From Candidatus Omnitrophota bacterium (GTDB lineage: Bacteria; Omnitrophota; Gorgyraeia; JABMRG01; JAFGKX01), in the NCBI GenBank assembly GCA_043797125.1, contig JAZDPX010000033.1:98527-162526 (forward strand): DNA of 64,000 bases, written 5' to 3'. Shown here in pieces: positions 50,274 through 59,160 of the stretch; the stretch's first letter is position 1, and each line of letters begins with the position of its first letter. Below the pieces are notes generated by a model. The model saw only the letters and a list, made by a program, of their open reading frames with translations. It searched no databases and was not told the DNA's origin. The position numbers were made by a program, and so were the translations under genes.

Positions 50274-51615
50274 GCCTGCATACCCTGTTTTTACCCGCGC
50301 TCTTTGCCCTGTATAACATCTTGTCCGCCTTTTCTATCAAATTAAAGCCCGCCTTTGCATCATCGGGATAAGTGGATAATCCTATGCTGATTGTCGTATC
50401 AAGGGTCTCTATTGTTTTCCTTAACCTGTTTGCAACAAGCTCTGCGCCGTTTAAATCCGTGTCAGGAAGCACTATGCAAAATTCCTCACCGCCGTATCTG
50501 CCGATAATATCTATTTCTCTTATTCCGTTTTTAAGCATTAATGCTATTCTTTCCAGCAAGAGGTCTCCTTTTAGGTGGCCGTATCTGTCATTATATTCTT
50601 TAAAATCATCTATATCTATCATCAGAAGCGAAACCCTGGCGTTAAACAACTCAGCCCTGGTTAATTCTTCGTTTAAACGCTGCATGAGATGCCTCCTGAC
50701 AAACACCTTTGTCAAATCGTCAGTAATGGCCATCTCCTGCACCAGTTCATACAGCCTTACGCGCTCAAGCGCCATAGAAAGCTGGTTTGTAGCTACGACA
50801 AAATGGTCGACCTGCTCAAGATCAATGTCCTCTGCCGCCAAAATCGCGTTTATCTTTTCAGCTGATATAATAGGGGCTGCTATAAACGTGTTAAGATGCT
50901 CGGGGAATATAAACTCTTCGGCATCGATCTTTCCTACCTTGCTGTCTATTACAAGCAACTGTTTCTTGCGCAGCATGAATTTGAGCAATCTATCTTCATA
51001 ACCTGAGCCTTCTACCTGCTCAACCTTTTCGCTTCCTATCTGGAATATCTTATCGATCTTTGTTTCCTTTTCCGAATCATATAAAGTAATAAATTCGCAC
51101 CTTGAAAACTTGAAAGATTCTGCCAGGATATCGCGCAATGCTGTCAATAAATCATCGCTCGTAGCGCAGGAACCCAGTTTTTTTGCAGTATGGTAGAGAT
51201 TGCTTATCTCGGATACCTTATTATCTAAATAAAACTTGCGTTCGCTTATTTGGTTAGCCGGCAATTCACTTTCCTTGAATTTTTCTTCCAATAAACTAAT
51301 GGTGTCTTGTTTTTGGGTTGCGTTTTTAACGAAGGTTGCCCTGGCAAGAGCGGTTAATAAGCCGCACGCGATAAACAGCAAAACACTCTGCAAAAAATTA
51401 GCGCCTGATACGCCTGCCTGAATCAGGGTCAGGCCCAGCAAAGAACAAAATGACACAATAAAAACTGCGGTAAAGTTCCCGTAAAAATAACCGCCAAAGG
51501 CAATGGGTATAACACAGAGGCTAAAAGCAAAATAATAATCCTTTGTGCCGGATGCAAGCAGCAAAGATATCGTGTATATAAAAGCAGCGCACACCAGTAA
51601 TATCAACTTATGCAT
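50260..51615 (-). CDS. Membrane-bound GAF-GGDEF diguanylate cyclase (I-site present)
   Basis: TM N-terminus, DDLT, DIDDFK, REID-x5-GGEEF. Confidence 0.9.
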   Translation of the reverse strand: MHKLILLVCAAFIYTISLLLASGTKDYYFAFSLCVIPIAFGGYFYGNFTAVFIVSFCSLLGLTLIQAGVSGANFLQSVLLFIACGLLTALARATFVKNATQKQDTISLLEEKFKESELPANQISERKFYLDNKVSEISNLYHTAKKLGSCATSDDLLTALRDILAESFKFSRCEFITLYDSEKETKIDKIFQIGSEKVEQVEGSGYEDRLLKFMLRKKQLLVIDSKVGKIDAEEFIFPEHLNTFIAAPIISAEKINAILAAEDIDLEQVDHFVVATNQLSMALERVRLYELVQEMAITDDLTKVFVRRHLMQRLNEELTRAELFNARVSLLMIDIDDFKEYNDRYGHLKGDLLLERIALMLKNGIREIDIIGRYGGEEFCIVLPDTDLNGAELVANRLRKTIETLDTTISIGLSTYPDDAKAGFNLIEKADKMLYRAKSAGKNRVCRHEEE

Positions 51616-53039
51616 ACCTTATTACGCCCCTCTTTTTTTGCCTTGTATAATAAAAAATCCACCCTCTCAAGCAGTTCTTTCTCGCTAGAGGCCTCGTCGG
51701 GAAATGACGCGACTCCGGCAGATACGGTAATCTTTGTCTCCTGCCGTCTTAAAATAAAAGATGTGGCCTCTATGTCTTTTCTTACGCTTTCAGCTGCCTT
51801 AGCGGCATTTTTCTTTTCAATGCCCGGAAATAAAACCACAAATTCCTCGCCGCCGTAGCGCGAGAGTATATTTGTCTGATTGACATTCTTTCGCATAATA
51901 CCTGCTATGCCTTTTAAGACCTTGTCTCCGGCGGCATGCCCGTATTTATCGTTATAATCTTTGAAGTGGTCTATATCAACCATGACAATTGACAGCGGGG
52001 CATTGGCCTTCCTGCAGCGGATAAACTCTTCGGTGAGCCTCTCTTTAAAATAACGGTATAGATATAGGCCTGTAAGGCTGTCCTTTATAGCCAACTCCTG
52101 GGTCCTGATATAAAGGTGCGCGTTATTAATTGCCGCGCTGGATAAGTCTGATATGAAATCCAACAATCTTAGATCATCCGCTGTGTATGCCTCGGGAGCC
52201 TTGCTGCCTAAGCGCAGGATGCCTATTCTGCGCTTCTGCATAATCAACGGCACTATAATAAGCGAGACTGCGGGGGGAGAGCTTTTTTCATATTTGTGAA
52301 AATCAAACCTGAAATCCTTGGTTGCGTCTGTTATGTGCAAAGGCTGCCTTTTATTAATAACCCAGCTATCAAAGACATCCGCGCTTTGATAATCAGGAAT
52401 AAGTTCATGCTGGGCCGGCTTGGAAAAACACAGCGACAGACCCTGGGTGTCTTTTGCAACAAGAAACAGTTTTCCCTCATCTGTCTTTCCGATTATTTCC
52501 CATGCCCTCTGGACCGTGAGCTGATAGATCTCATCTAAAGAAAGCTTTGCGTTAAATGCCTCTCCGAGATCCTTGAGCTTGCCGTATCTATCTAATTTTT
52601 TGGAAAGCGCGTCTATTAGTTCTGTATTTTTGCTGGTGCGGCTGTCTAAAAGATTCTGCTCTTCCTGGATCTTTTCTATTTTGGTGTTTTTCTCTAGTAA
52701 AAAAACTCTTTCTTTTTTATAAAATATGTATGCGGGGATACTCAGGCCTATCATCATGATTATCTGAAAATTAAATACGAGAGAATTCAAGGTCAAAGAT
52801 GCCAGCATAATTAACGGCACTGAAAGCGCTATGAAAGCCATGGCGCCTGAGATTCCTACGCCGTGCCAGATAAACAAAAGCCCCAGGCTAAGCAACATAA
52901 AACAATAGGGTGTTATGTGTTTTGGAAAGTCGGAACCGATATATTTTTGGGAAAATCCGAAGATAAAAAAAGACACAGCGCCGATGAATAAGGCTACAGA
53001 TATAAATGTACAGGCAATTCTGTATTTTTGGGAATACAT
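51603..53039 (-). CDS. Membrane-bound GAF-GGDEF diguanylate cyclase (no I-site)
   Basis: TM N-terminus, GAF, DSLTGL, DIDHFK, NQTN-x5-GGEEF. Confidence 0.9.
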   Translation of the reverse strand: MYSQKYRIACTFISVALFIGAVSFFIFGFSQKYIGSDFPKHITPYCFMLLSLGLLFIWHGVGISGAMAFIALSVPLIMLASLTLNSLVFNFQIIMMIGLSIPAYIFYKKERVFLLEKNTKIEKIQEEQNLLDSRTSKNTELIDALSKKLDRYGKLKDLGEAFNAKLSLDEIYQLTVQRAWEIIGKTDEGKLFLVAKDTQGLSLCFSKPAQHELIPDYQSADVFDSWVINKRQPLHITDATKDFRFDFHKYEKSSPPAVSLIIVPLIMQKRRIGILRLGSKAPEAYTADDLRLLDFISDLSSAAINNAHLYIRTQELAIKDSLTGLYLYRYFKERLTEEFIRCRKANAPLSIVMVDIDHFKDYNDKYGHAAGDKVLKGIAGIMRKNVNQTNILSRYGGEEFVVLFPGIEKKNAAKAAESVRKDIEATSFILRRQETKITVSAGVASFPDEASSEKELLERVDFLLYKAKKEGRNKVCIS

Positions 53040-53046
53040 AGAGAGT

Positions 53047-53088
53047 ATAAAGTTTAAAGTGTTAAGTGTAAAGTCAAAAGCGTAAAGT
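53047..53088. repeat. Degenerate heptamer array NTAAAGT x6 after the ABC ATPase stop
   Basis: ataaagt ttaaagt gttaagt gtaaagt caaaagc gtaaagt. Confidence 0.75.
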
Positions 53089-54191
53089 TATATTATGGTT
53101 TTTTCGGTTTTGACGTCGAATAAATGCGCTTTTGTCATATCAAATACCAGCTCAAGGTCCTGATTGACCGCGGGCTTGCTATGTCCGCCAACGCGCGCTA
53201 TAAAAGTGTGCTTTCCGCTGTTAAGATACAGAAACGCTTCCGCTCCCATCGGTTCATAGACCTCGCAGGTGGCGCTGACTACATTTTCGCTCGAGGCATC
53301 TTGAGCAAACAGCCTGTCATAAATATCTTCCGGCCTTATGCCGAAAACTATTTCCTTATTAATGTATGGGGCTAATTTATCGCGCATCTCATCAACAAGT
53401 TTGACAGAAAAATTGCCTTCATAAAAATAGAATTTAGTATCCTTTTTTATTATCTGGCCGGTCATGAAATTCATGGAAGGCGAACCTATGAAGCCTGCCA
53501 CAAACTTATTAATAGGCTTGTCATAAAGCGTGATAGGGTCGTCTATCTGTTGTATCACACCGTCTTTCATAACAGCTATTCTGGTTCCCATTGTCATGGC
53601 CTCTGTCTGGTCATGAGTTACATATATCATTGTGGTCTGAAGCCTGGTATGAAGTTTGTTAATTTCGGTTCTCATCTGCACGCGCAATTTGGCATCCAGG
53701 TTGCTCAATGGTTCATCGAACAGAAAGACAATCGGCTTTCTGACTATGGCCCTGCCTACAGCCACTCTCTGGCGCTCGCCGCCTGATAATTCTTTTGGGC
53801 GCTTATTTAGATGTTTGGTGATATTTAGTATCTGCGCGGCTTCCCTTACGCGCTGGTCTATCTCAAGTCTAGGGATCCTACGCAGCTTAAGCCCGAAAGC
53901 CATGTTCTCGTACACTGTCATGTGAGGGTAAAGCGCGTAATTCTGAAACACCATGGCGATGTTTCTATCCTTGGCAGGGATATCGTTGACCATCTTATCG
54001 CCGATATAAATCTCGCCGCTTGTAATCTCTTCCAAGCCCGCTATCATTCTTAACGTGGTGGATTTTCCGCATCCCGAAGGCCCGACAAGGACTAGAAATT
54101 CCTTGTTTTCTATTCCCATGTTTATATCCTTCACCGCATAAACATTGGGCGGGAATTTCTTGGTAACATTCCTTAAACTAACCTGCGCCAT
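53088..54191 (-). CDS. Sugar ABC transporter ATPase (MalK/UgpC/MsmX-like)
   Basis: GPSGCGKST, VFQNYALYPHM, LSGGERQR, DEPLSNLD, TOBE tail. Confidence 0.93.
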   Translation of the reverse strand: MAQVSLRNVTKKFPPNVYAVKDINMGIENKEFLVLVGPSGCGKSTTLRMIAGLEEITSGEIYIGDKMVNDIPAKDRNIAMVFQNYALYPHMTVYENMAFGLKLRRIPRLEIDQRVREAAQILNITKHLNKRPKELSGGERQRVAVGRAIVRKPIVFLFDEPLSNLDAKLRVQMRTEINKLHTRLQTTMIYVTHDQTEAMTMGTRIAVMKDGVIQQIDDPITLYDKPINKFVAGFIGSPSMNFMTGQIIKKDTKFYFYEGNFSVKLVDEMRDKLAPYINKEIVFGIRPEDIYDRLFAQDASSENVVSATCEVYEPMGAEAFLYLNSGKHTFIARVGGHSKPAVNQDLELVFDMTKAHLFDVKTEKTII

Positions 54192-54210
54192 TTTGTTTTA
54201 CTCTTTAGCA

Positions 54211-55068
54211 TTATGATAAATAACCCAATAATTTCGTTATCTCTTCCTTCATCTGCGGCCTTGCGACTATCATATCGATAAGCCCATGCTCAAGCAGAAA
54301 CTCTGATCTCTGGAATCCTTCGGGAAGTTTCTGCTTTATGGTCTGCTCGATGACCCTTGGCCCTGTAAAGCCGATTAACGCCTTGGGCTCCGCTATTATA
54401 ATATCGCCTAAAGACGCGAAACTTGCCATTATCCCTGCCATGGTCGGGTGAGTAAGCACAGAAATAAACAGCTTTCCTTTTTTATGTAATTCTGATAACG
54501 CTGCCGAGGTCTTGGCCATCTGCATCAGGGAAAACATGCCCTCGTGCATCCTGGCGCCGCCGCCTGAACCTGATATAATAATAACTGGCAAACCCTTTTC
54601 TATTGCCAGCTCAACAGCCCTTGTTATTTTCTCACCGACAACAGAACCCATAGAGCCCATAATAAACCTTGAATCTGTAACCGCTAAAACTGTGTTTATA
54701 GCGTTTATTTTACCGGTGCCGCATATTACAGCCTCTTTCATTCCGGTAGCAGCCTGGTCTTCCTTAACCTTCTCTTTATATGTCTTTGTGCCTTTGAATC
54801 CAAGAGGGTCTGCCGAAGTCATGTCCGCATCAATTTCCCTGAAAGTGCCTTTATCAATAAGTATGTTTATTCTCTCCTGCGCGCTGATTACAAAATGGTA
54901 ATTGCATTTGGGGCAAACTTTAAGGTTTTCCTCCAGGGCCTTGTTATAAATTATTTCCCCGCAATCCTCGCATTTGGTCCAGAGCCCGTCAGGAATATCC
55001 TTTTTCTTCTGCTGCTTGAATTTTTTCAAGTTTACTATTGTGTATTTTGGCTTTCCGAATATTGGCAT
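54211..55068 (-). CDS. accD: Acetyl-CoA carboxylase carboxyltransferase beta subunit
   Basis: GLWTKCEDC...CPKC zinc finger, GSMG, GGARMHEG, GFTGPRVIEQT. Confidence 0.96.
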   Translation of the reverse strand: MPIFGKPKYTIVNLKKFKQQKKKDIPDGLWTKCEDCGEIIYNKALEENLKVCPKCNYHFVISAQERINILIDKGTFREIDADMTSADPLGFKGTKTYKEKVKEDQAATGMKEAVICGTGKINAINTVLAVTDSRFIMGSMGSVVGEKITRAVELAIEKGLPVIIISGSGGGARMHEGMFSLMQMAKTSAALSELHKKGKLFISVLTHPTMAGIMASFASLGDIIIAEPKALIGFTGPRVIEQTIKQKLPEGFQRSEFLLEHGLIDMIVARPQMKEEITKLLGYLS

Positions 55069-55077
55069 GTTTGCGTG

Positions 55078-55710
55078 CTATAACCCTAATAGCTCCTTTA
55101 TCTTGTCCGCTGCGGAGGAGGCGTTATCCGCATATCCATCCGCGTCTATTTCATCCGCGTACTTTTGAGTAACCGGCGCCCCGCCTATAACTGTCTTTAT
55201 CTTTCCTTTTAAGCCTTTGTTTTTGAGTAAATCTACCGTAGCTTTCATAGACGGCATGGATGTGGTAAGAAGCGAAGACATAGCTATAACCTTTGCCTGA
55301 TTTTTAACTGCTTCATCGATAAAACGTTTTGGGTCAACATCTATGCCAAGGTCAATGACCATAAAGCCTGCGCCTTTCAGCATCATGGAAACTAAATTTT
55401 TGCCGATATCGTGCAAATCGCCTCTTACTGTGCCGACGATTACCTTACCTTTAGGTTTTACGCCTGCTTTAGCCAAAAGCGGCTCCAGGATATCAAGCCC
55501 TGCGTGCATTGCCTTTGCGGAGATGAGAACTTCGGGCACGTATATTTCATTGGCCTTGAACTTCTCGCCTACTACGGACATGCCTGCGATAAGCCCTTTA
55601 TTCAGCACATCTTCTGAAGAAGCTCCTGCAGATATTGCCTTATTTACAAGAGTTGGAACAGCAGAAATATCGCCATTGAGGATGGCGTTTTTGATTGGGT
55701 CGTAATTCAT
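55078..55710 (-). CDS. Stand-alone corrinoid (B12-binding) protein, methyltransferase-associated
   Basis: B12 cap domain plus GDLHDIGKNLV (DxHxxG), GGAPV; start set at ATG 55710. Confidence 0.92.
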   Translation of the reverse strand: MNYDPIKNAILNGDISAVPTLVNKAISAGASSEDVLNKGLIAGMSVVGEKFKANEIYVPEVLISAKAMHAGLDILEPLLAKAGVKPKGKVIVGTVRGDLHDIGKNLVSMMLKGAGFMVIDLGIDVDPKRFIDEAVKNQAKVIAMSSLLTTSMPSMKATVDLLKNKGLKGKIKTVIGGAPVTQKYADEIDADGYADNASSAADKIKELLGL

Positions 55711-55740
55711 ATAATAATAGATACATTTAGTATAGGAGGT

Positions 55741-55768
55741 ATAGTAGCATATCGGGGATAAAAGGCAA
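55741..55768 (-). promoter_or_regulatory. Putative sigma70 promoter for the corrinoid-accD-malK operon
   Basis: TTGCCT-16 nt-TACTAT with TG extension. Confidence 0.45.
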
Positions 55769-55809
55769 GGAAATTCTCTCAAATCCTATGTTAATTCTCA
55801 CTGTATCTA

Positions 55810-55964
55810 AAGCCTTTGCATGCCTTGCCTTCGCTTGTCACTCGCTCAGAGAATTTTTCGCCTTCGGCGAAAGGCGCTCTTCGCTCGTTGTGGCAAAAAT
55901 CGCTCACTAATCGCCGGGTTTTCGCGATTTTTGACAGTCGCTTCGGCAAAGCATGCAAAGGCTT
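55810..55964. repeat. ~155 bp structured element with 20-bp terminal inverted repeats (MITE-like or ncRNA)
   Basis: AAGCCTTTGCATGCCTTGCC vs GGCAAAGCATGCAAAGGCTT (1 mismatch); internal hairpins including TTTCGCCTTCGGCGAAA. Confidence 0.7.
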
Positions 55965-56081
55965 CTTCTGCGCCTGTAAATTACCATAGGGATTCTCGTT
56001 CATGGCGGGAAAATATTTGTTTAACGGTGGGCAACAGCTAAATCTTCCGCTATTGTTTTTTCGGCAATGCCCAAAGGCTTA

Positions 56082-56113
56082 CCATAGACTATCGACTATT
56101 GACTATAGACTAT
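56082..56113. repeat. Heptamer array CTATAGA-family directly after a stop codon
   Basis: ccataga ctatcga ctattga ctataga ctat. Confidence 0.9.
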
Positions 56114-56114
56114 T

Positions 56115-59114
56115 TTACGCTGCTGCGTCAACGGCTACGGTTAAATATCTGCCCCATTCCGGTATGTGTGGGGTAATATCAGCGGGGTTTTGGGTTATAT
56201 CTATGACTGTAACTTTACCTATTTTAAGCATGAACATCTGCCTAAGAGTTTGTTCTATCTCTTTAACATCTTTTGCTCTTTCGCTGCCTTTCTGACTTTC
56301 TAACAGAATCTTCATTTCAACTTTAATATTCTTTATCTCCTTTAACCCGTCAACCTCCATATCTCTGGTTGCTCGAATGACACCGGCAGGGCATTTAATA
56401 GTATAACTTTTTTCCGAAACGGTGATTTCTACTGATATCATTCTGTCTTCCCACCCCCTGATTGTATCTGTTAGTTTTGCCGTCATTAAAGAATACAGCG
56501 ACTCCCAATCTTCTGCTGTAAAATTTGCAATTACTTCTATGCCTTCGGGCTCCGATTCTTTGCTAATATCAGATATGCCTTTTATTTCCAGCGCATAGGA
56601 CTTCATGTATATTCTGAAAGCGTTGCGAAGATCTGTTTGAAATTGTTTCATGGATTTAATATCTTTTGCGAAATTTAAGCGGCCTGTTTCATTAAGTAAA
56701 ATTTTAAGTTCATGTTTAAATTTTTTCATGTCGTGCAAAGACAACATGGCATCACAAATTGCGCTATAGCTGTAGTCATCATCATCAATATCGAAAGATA
56801 TCCCACTGTTAAGAATAATTTTCATATCCATCCAATTTGACCATTTTTTGTATATTTCAATAAGGCTCCTTATCAAAACAGGCATTGTAAGCCCATCTGC
56901 CTTAAAATGTACAGTTGCCCCTTTCTCAAGGAACCTTTGCACATCCTGCTCGCCGACTGTCGCCGCCGCTGGCGGGCGAAGGGCGCTGGAGGCGATGGAT
57001 TGCTCTGCGGATTCCTCAAATTTTTTAAAAAGTTTTCTTAACCGGCGTAGAGAAGGGGCGTTTTCGTCATTATTTTTAGCGCCTTCTATTCTTGCATATT
57101 CTAAAGGCTTCACTATATTCCAGACTTTATAAATAGTAAGATCGTTATAGCTTTCACTTTTAAGAAGAGAGAGAATTTCATTTATATATTTTTCATTAAA
57201 CTCCAAGCTAAAAGGCAGGCGCATAATCCTATAAAGTAAATCGAGATTACCTTTTTCTTTAGAAGCAGGGATAATAAAATCTTGCAAGAATATTTTAGCT
57301 TTTTTAGCGCCGAATTTATCCTTTATGTCTGGCAGCTTTTCTAAAATAGCGTTAATTATGTTAACCCTGCATTTTTTATCAGAGCCGCGCTCTTTAAACG
57401 TAAATTGGTTACCTTTCCACATTAGCCTGTGAATCAGCTCATATGCCTCTGTTCTTCTGAGCTGCCTGGTGAGGATTTTAAAACCTTCCAGTTCTTTCCC
57501 AGCCAGTTTTTTCCCAGCTGGTTTTTTCCCAGCCGGTTTTTTCCCAGTGATAGTCTCACGATAAATTAGCTCATTTTTTGAAAGTAATGTTAAAAATTCA
57601 TTAAAATAATCTCTTCTACTTTCAAGTTTTTTTAACTTGCCTATCTCCACAAAAATGGAATCATCAACTATTGTCTCGCCCAAGTATTTGATTTCTACCT
57701 TCTTGCCGTCAATTTTCACCCATTGATACTCATCATCTATAATCGGCACACCCAGATACTTAAAGGCCTCTTTGAGAGTGGAATATCTTTCGACAGAAAC
57801 AACGCCGGCAACACCGTCAAGTTTTAAGCCATTCAACGTAATATGTATATCCACTGTGGGCATATGTTCTCTTAATTCATCAACAGGGCCTTCCTTTATT
57901 AAAAAGCTGTCAAAAATAACCGGTTTTTTGCCTTCCTCGGATTTTCTTATGGCGCGGGCAATATTCACTATAATGTGGCCGAGTATTCGCCTTTTCTTCT
58001 TATTCTCTATCTTATTGATAATATCATCCGTTATGTCTTTCATTATACCGGACAATATATTTTTGATTTCTTCGTCTTTTACCTTGCTAATCGCGACAGG
58101 CAATACAGCCTTAAGCTTATTCTCATTTGCCTGCTTGATTAATACCGGCAAAAATCGCTTGATAAAGATTGAAGGTGTTTTTTTAACTAATTGCAGTATT
58201 TTTTTTCCTAATTCTGTTTTGGATATTTCTATCGGCTCGTTTGGCAGGCTTCTTATGTCTAACCCAGAATCTGATTCAAGCAGCATTTTGCTAATTGAAG
58301 TGCCTCTTATCCACTTTTTAAACCTGCCTGCAGGCATTTTCTCGATTGCAGCCAGCAATATTTCTTTAACGCTGTCGGGAGGAAGTTTATTGATACTACT
58401 AATTGCAATCTTCTTAATTTCAGCAGGGGGGAGTTCATTAATAATATCCGGCAATATTTTTTTTGTCATATCCGCGGGAATATTTTTAAACACGCTGGGA
58501 AATAAGTTTGTTATCATATCGGACGGTATACTTTTGCCAACATCAGAGGCCTTGCCTTGCATAACGTTATCTGCATACTTAAGCAATTCAATGCATTCGA
58601 TGAGGATATATTCAACCTCTTCTTTTTTCGCTAATTTTTGTATTTCAAGAAGAGGCATTAATATGTACGCGACTTCTACAGGCCGCTGGTCTGCTAAAAC
58701 ACGAATGATTCCCAACGCATAATCATGAAAGATTTCCTGCTTATCGTCTTTTAGTATCAATATTATGGATTTCAGGAGTTTGCTTAATTTTTCCGGCGTA
58801 TCAAGTTTAGTGTTTGTAATCTCTTTTAATATATAGACTTTTTCATTAAAAGTATTTACATCTATGATATCTTCAGCGCCACGTGGTTTTTTAGCAAGTG
58901 TTTCAATATAATCGTTTAATTTTGCAGGAGAAATCTGATCTCTTTTCTCATATGGAATTTTCTCAAAATTATATTTGGCATAAAACTCCTGCCAAGTCAT
59001 CGTCTTTTCAAGTTCCATCTCCAGTTGCGTCTTATTCGCCATCGGGCGCAGGCAAAAGGCATTCGGGGGTACCGCTAATATTATCGCTATCGTTATCGCT
59101 GTTATTTTTCTCAT
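56115..59114 (-). CDS. Large exported hypothetical protein (~999 aa) with LRP motif, helical repeats and C-terminal AAA
   Basis: MRKITAITIAIILAVPPNAFCLRPMA signal-like N-terminus; 16-aa repeats; internal SALRPP; ends VDAAA. Confidence 0.8.
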   Translation of the reverse strand: MRKITAITIAIILAVPPNAFCLRPMANKTQLEMELEKTMTWQEFYAKYNFEKIPYEKRDQISPAKLNDYIETLAKKPRGAEDIIDVNTFNEKVYILKEITNTKLDTPEKLSKLLKSIILILKDDKQEIFHDYALGIIRVLADQRPVEVAYILMPLLEIQKLAKKEEVEYILIECIELLKYADNVMQGKASDVGKSIPSDMITNLFPSVFKNIPADMTKKILPDIINELPPAEIKKIAISSINKLPPDSVKEILLAAIEKMPAGRFKKWIRGTSISKMLLESDSGLDIRSLPNEPIEISKTELGKKILQLVKKTPSIFIKRFLPVLIKQANENKLKAVLPVAISKVKDEEIKNILSGIMKDITDDIINKIENKKKRRILGHIIVNIARAIRKSEEGKKPVIFDSFLIKEGPVDELREHMPTVDIHITLNGLKLDGVAGVVSVERYSTLKEAFKYLGVPIIDDEYQWVKIDGKKVEIKYLGETIVDDSIFVEIGKLKKLESRRDYFNEFLTLLSKNELIYRETITGKKPAGKKPAGKKLAGKELEGFKILTRQLRRTEAYELIHRLMWKGNQFTFKERGSDKKCRVNIINAILEKLPDIKDKFGAKKAKIFLQDFIIPASKEKGNLDLLYRIMRLPFSLEFNEKYINEILSLLKSESYNDLTIYKVWNIVKPLEYARIEGAKNNDENAPSLRRLRKLFKKFEESAEQSIASSALRPPAAATVGEQDVQRFLEKGATVHFKADGLTMPVLIRSLIEIYKKWSNWMDMKIILNSGISFDIDDDDYSYSAICDAMLSLHDMKKFKHELKILLNETGRLNFAKDIKSMKQFQTDLRNAFRIYMKSYALEIKGISDISKESEPEGIEVIANFTAEDWESLYSLMTAKLTDTIRGWEDRMISVEITVSEKSYTIKCPAGVIRATRDMEVDGLKEIKNIKVEMKILLESQKGSERAKDVKEIEQTLRQMFMLKIGKVTVIDITQNPADITPHIPEWGRYLTVAVDAAA

Positions 59115-59127
59115 ATTTTCCTGCCGA

Positions 59128-59160
59128 CTATAGACCATCGACTATCGACCATAGACCACT
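59128..59160. repeat. Heptamer array CTATAGA-family between the two large exported genes
   Basis: ctataga ccatcga ctatcga ccataga. Confidence 0.9.

Noticed and set aside
55775-56000. Cobalamin riboswitch upstream of the corrinoid protein
   Set aside because: No recognisable B12-box, and the structure lies upstream of the predicted promoter
55791-56295. Short ORFs in the corrinoid-gene upstream region
   Set aside because: They arise from the inverted-repeat element and heptamer array
57772-58722. 316-aa plus-strand ORF
   Set aside because: Antisense shadow of the large minus-strand gene; Ser/Ile/Phe-rich with no motifs
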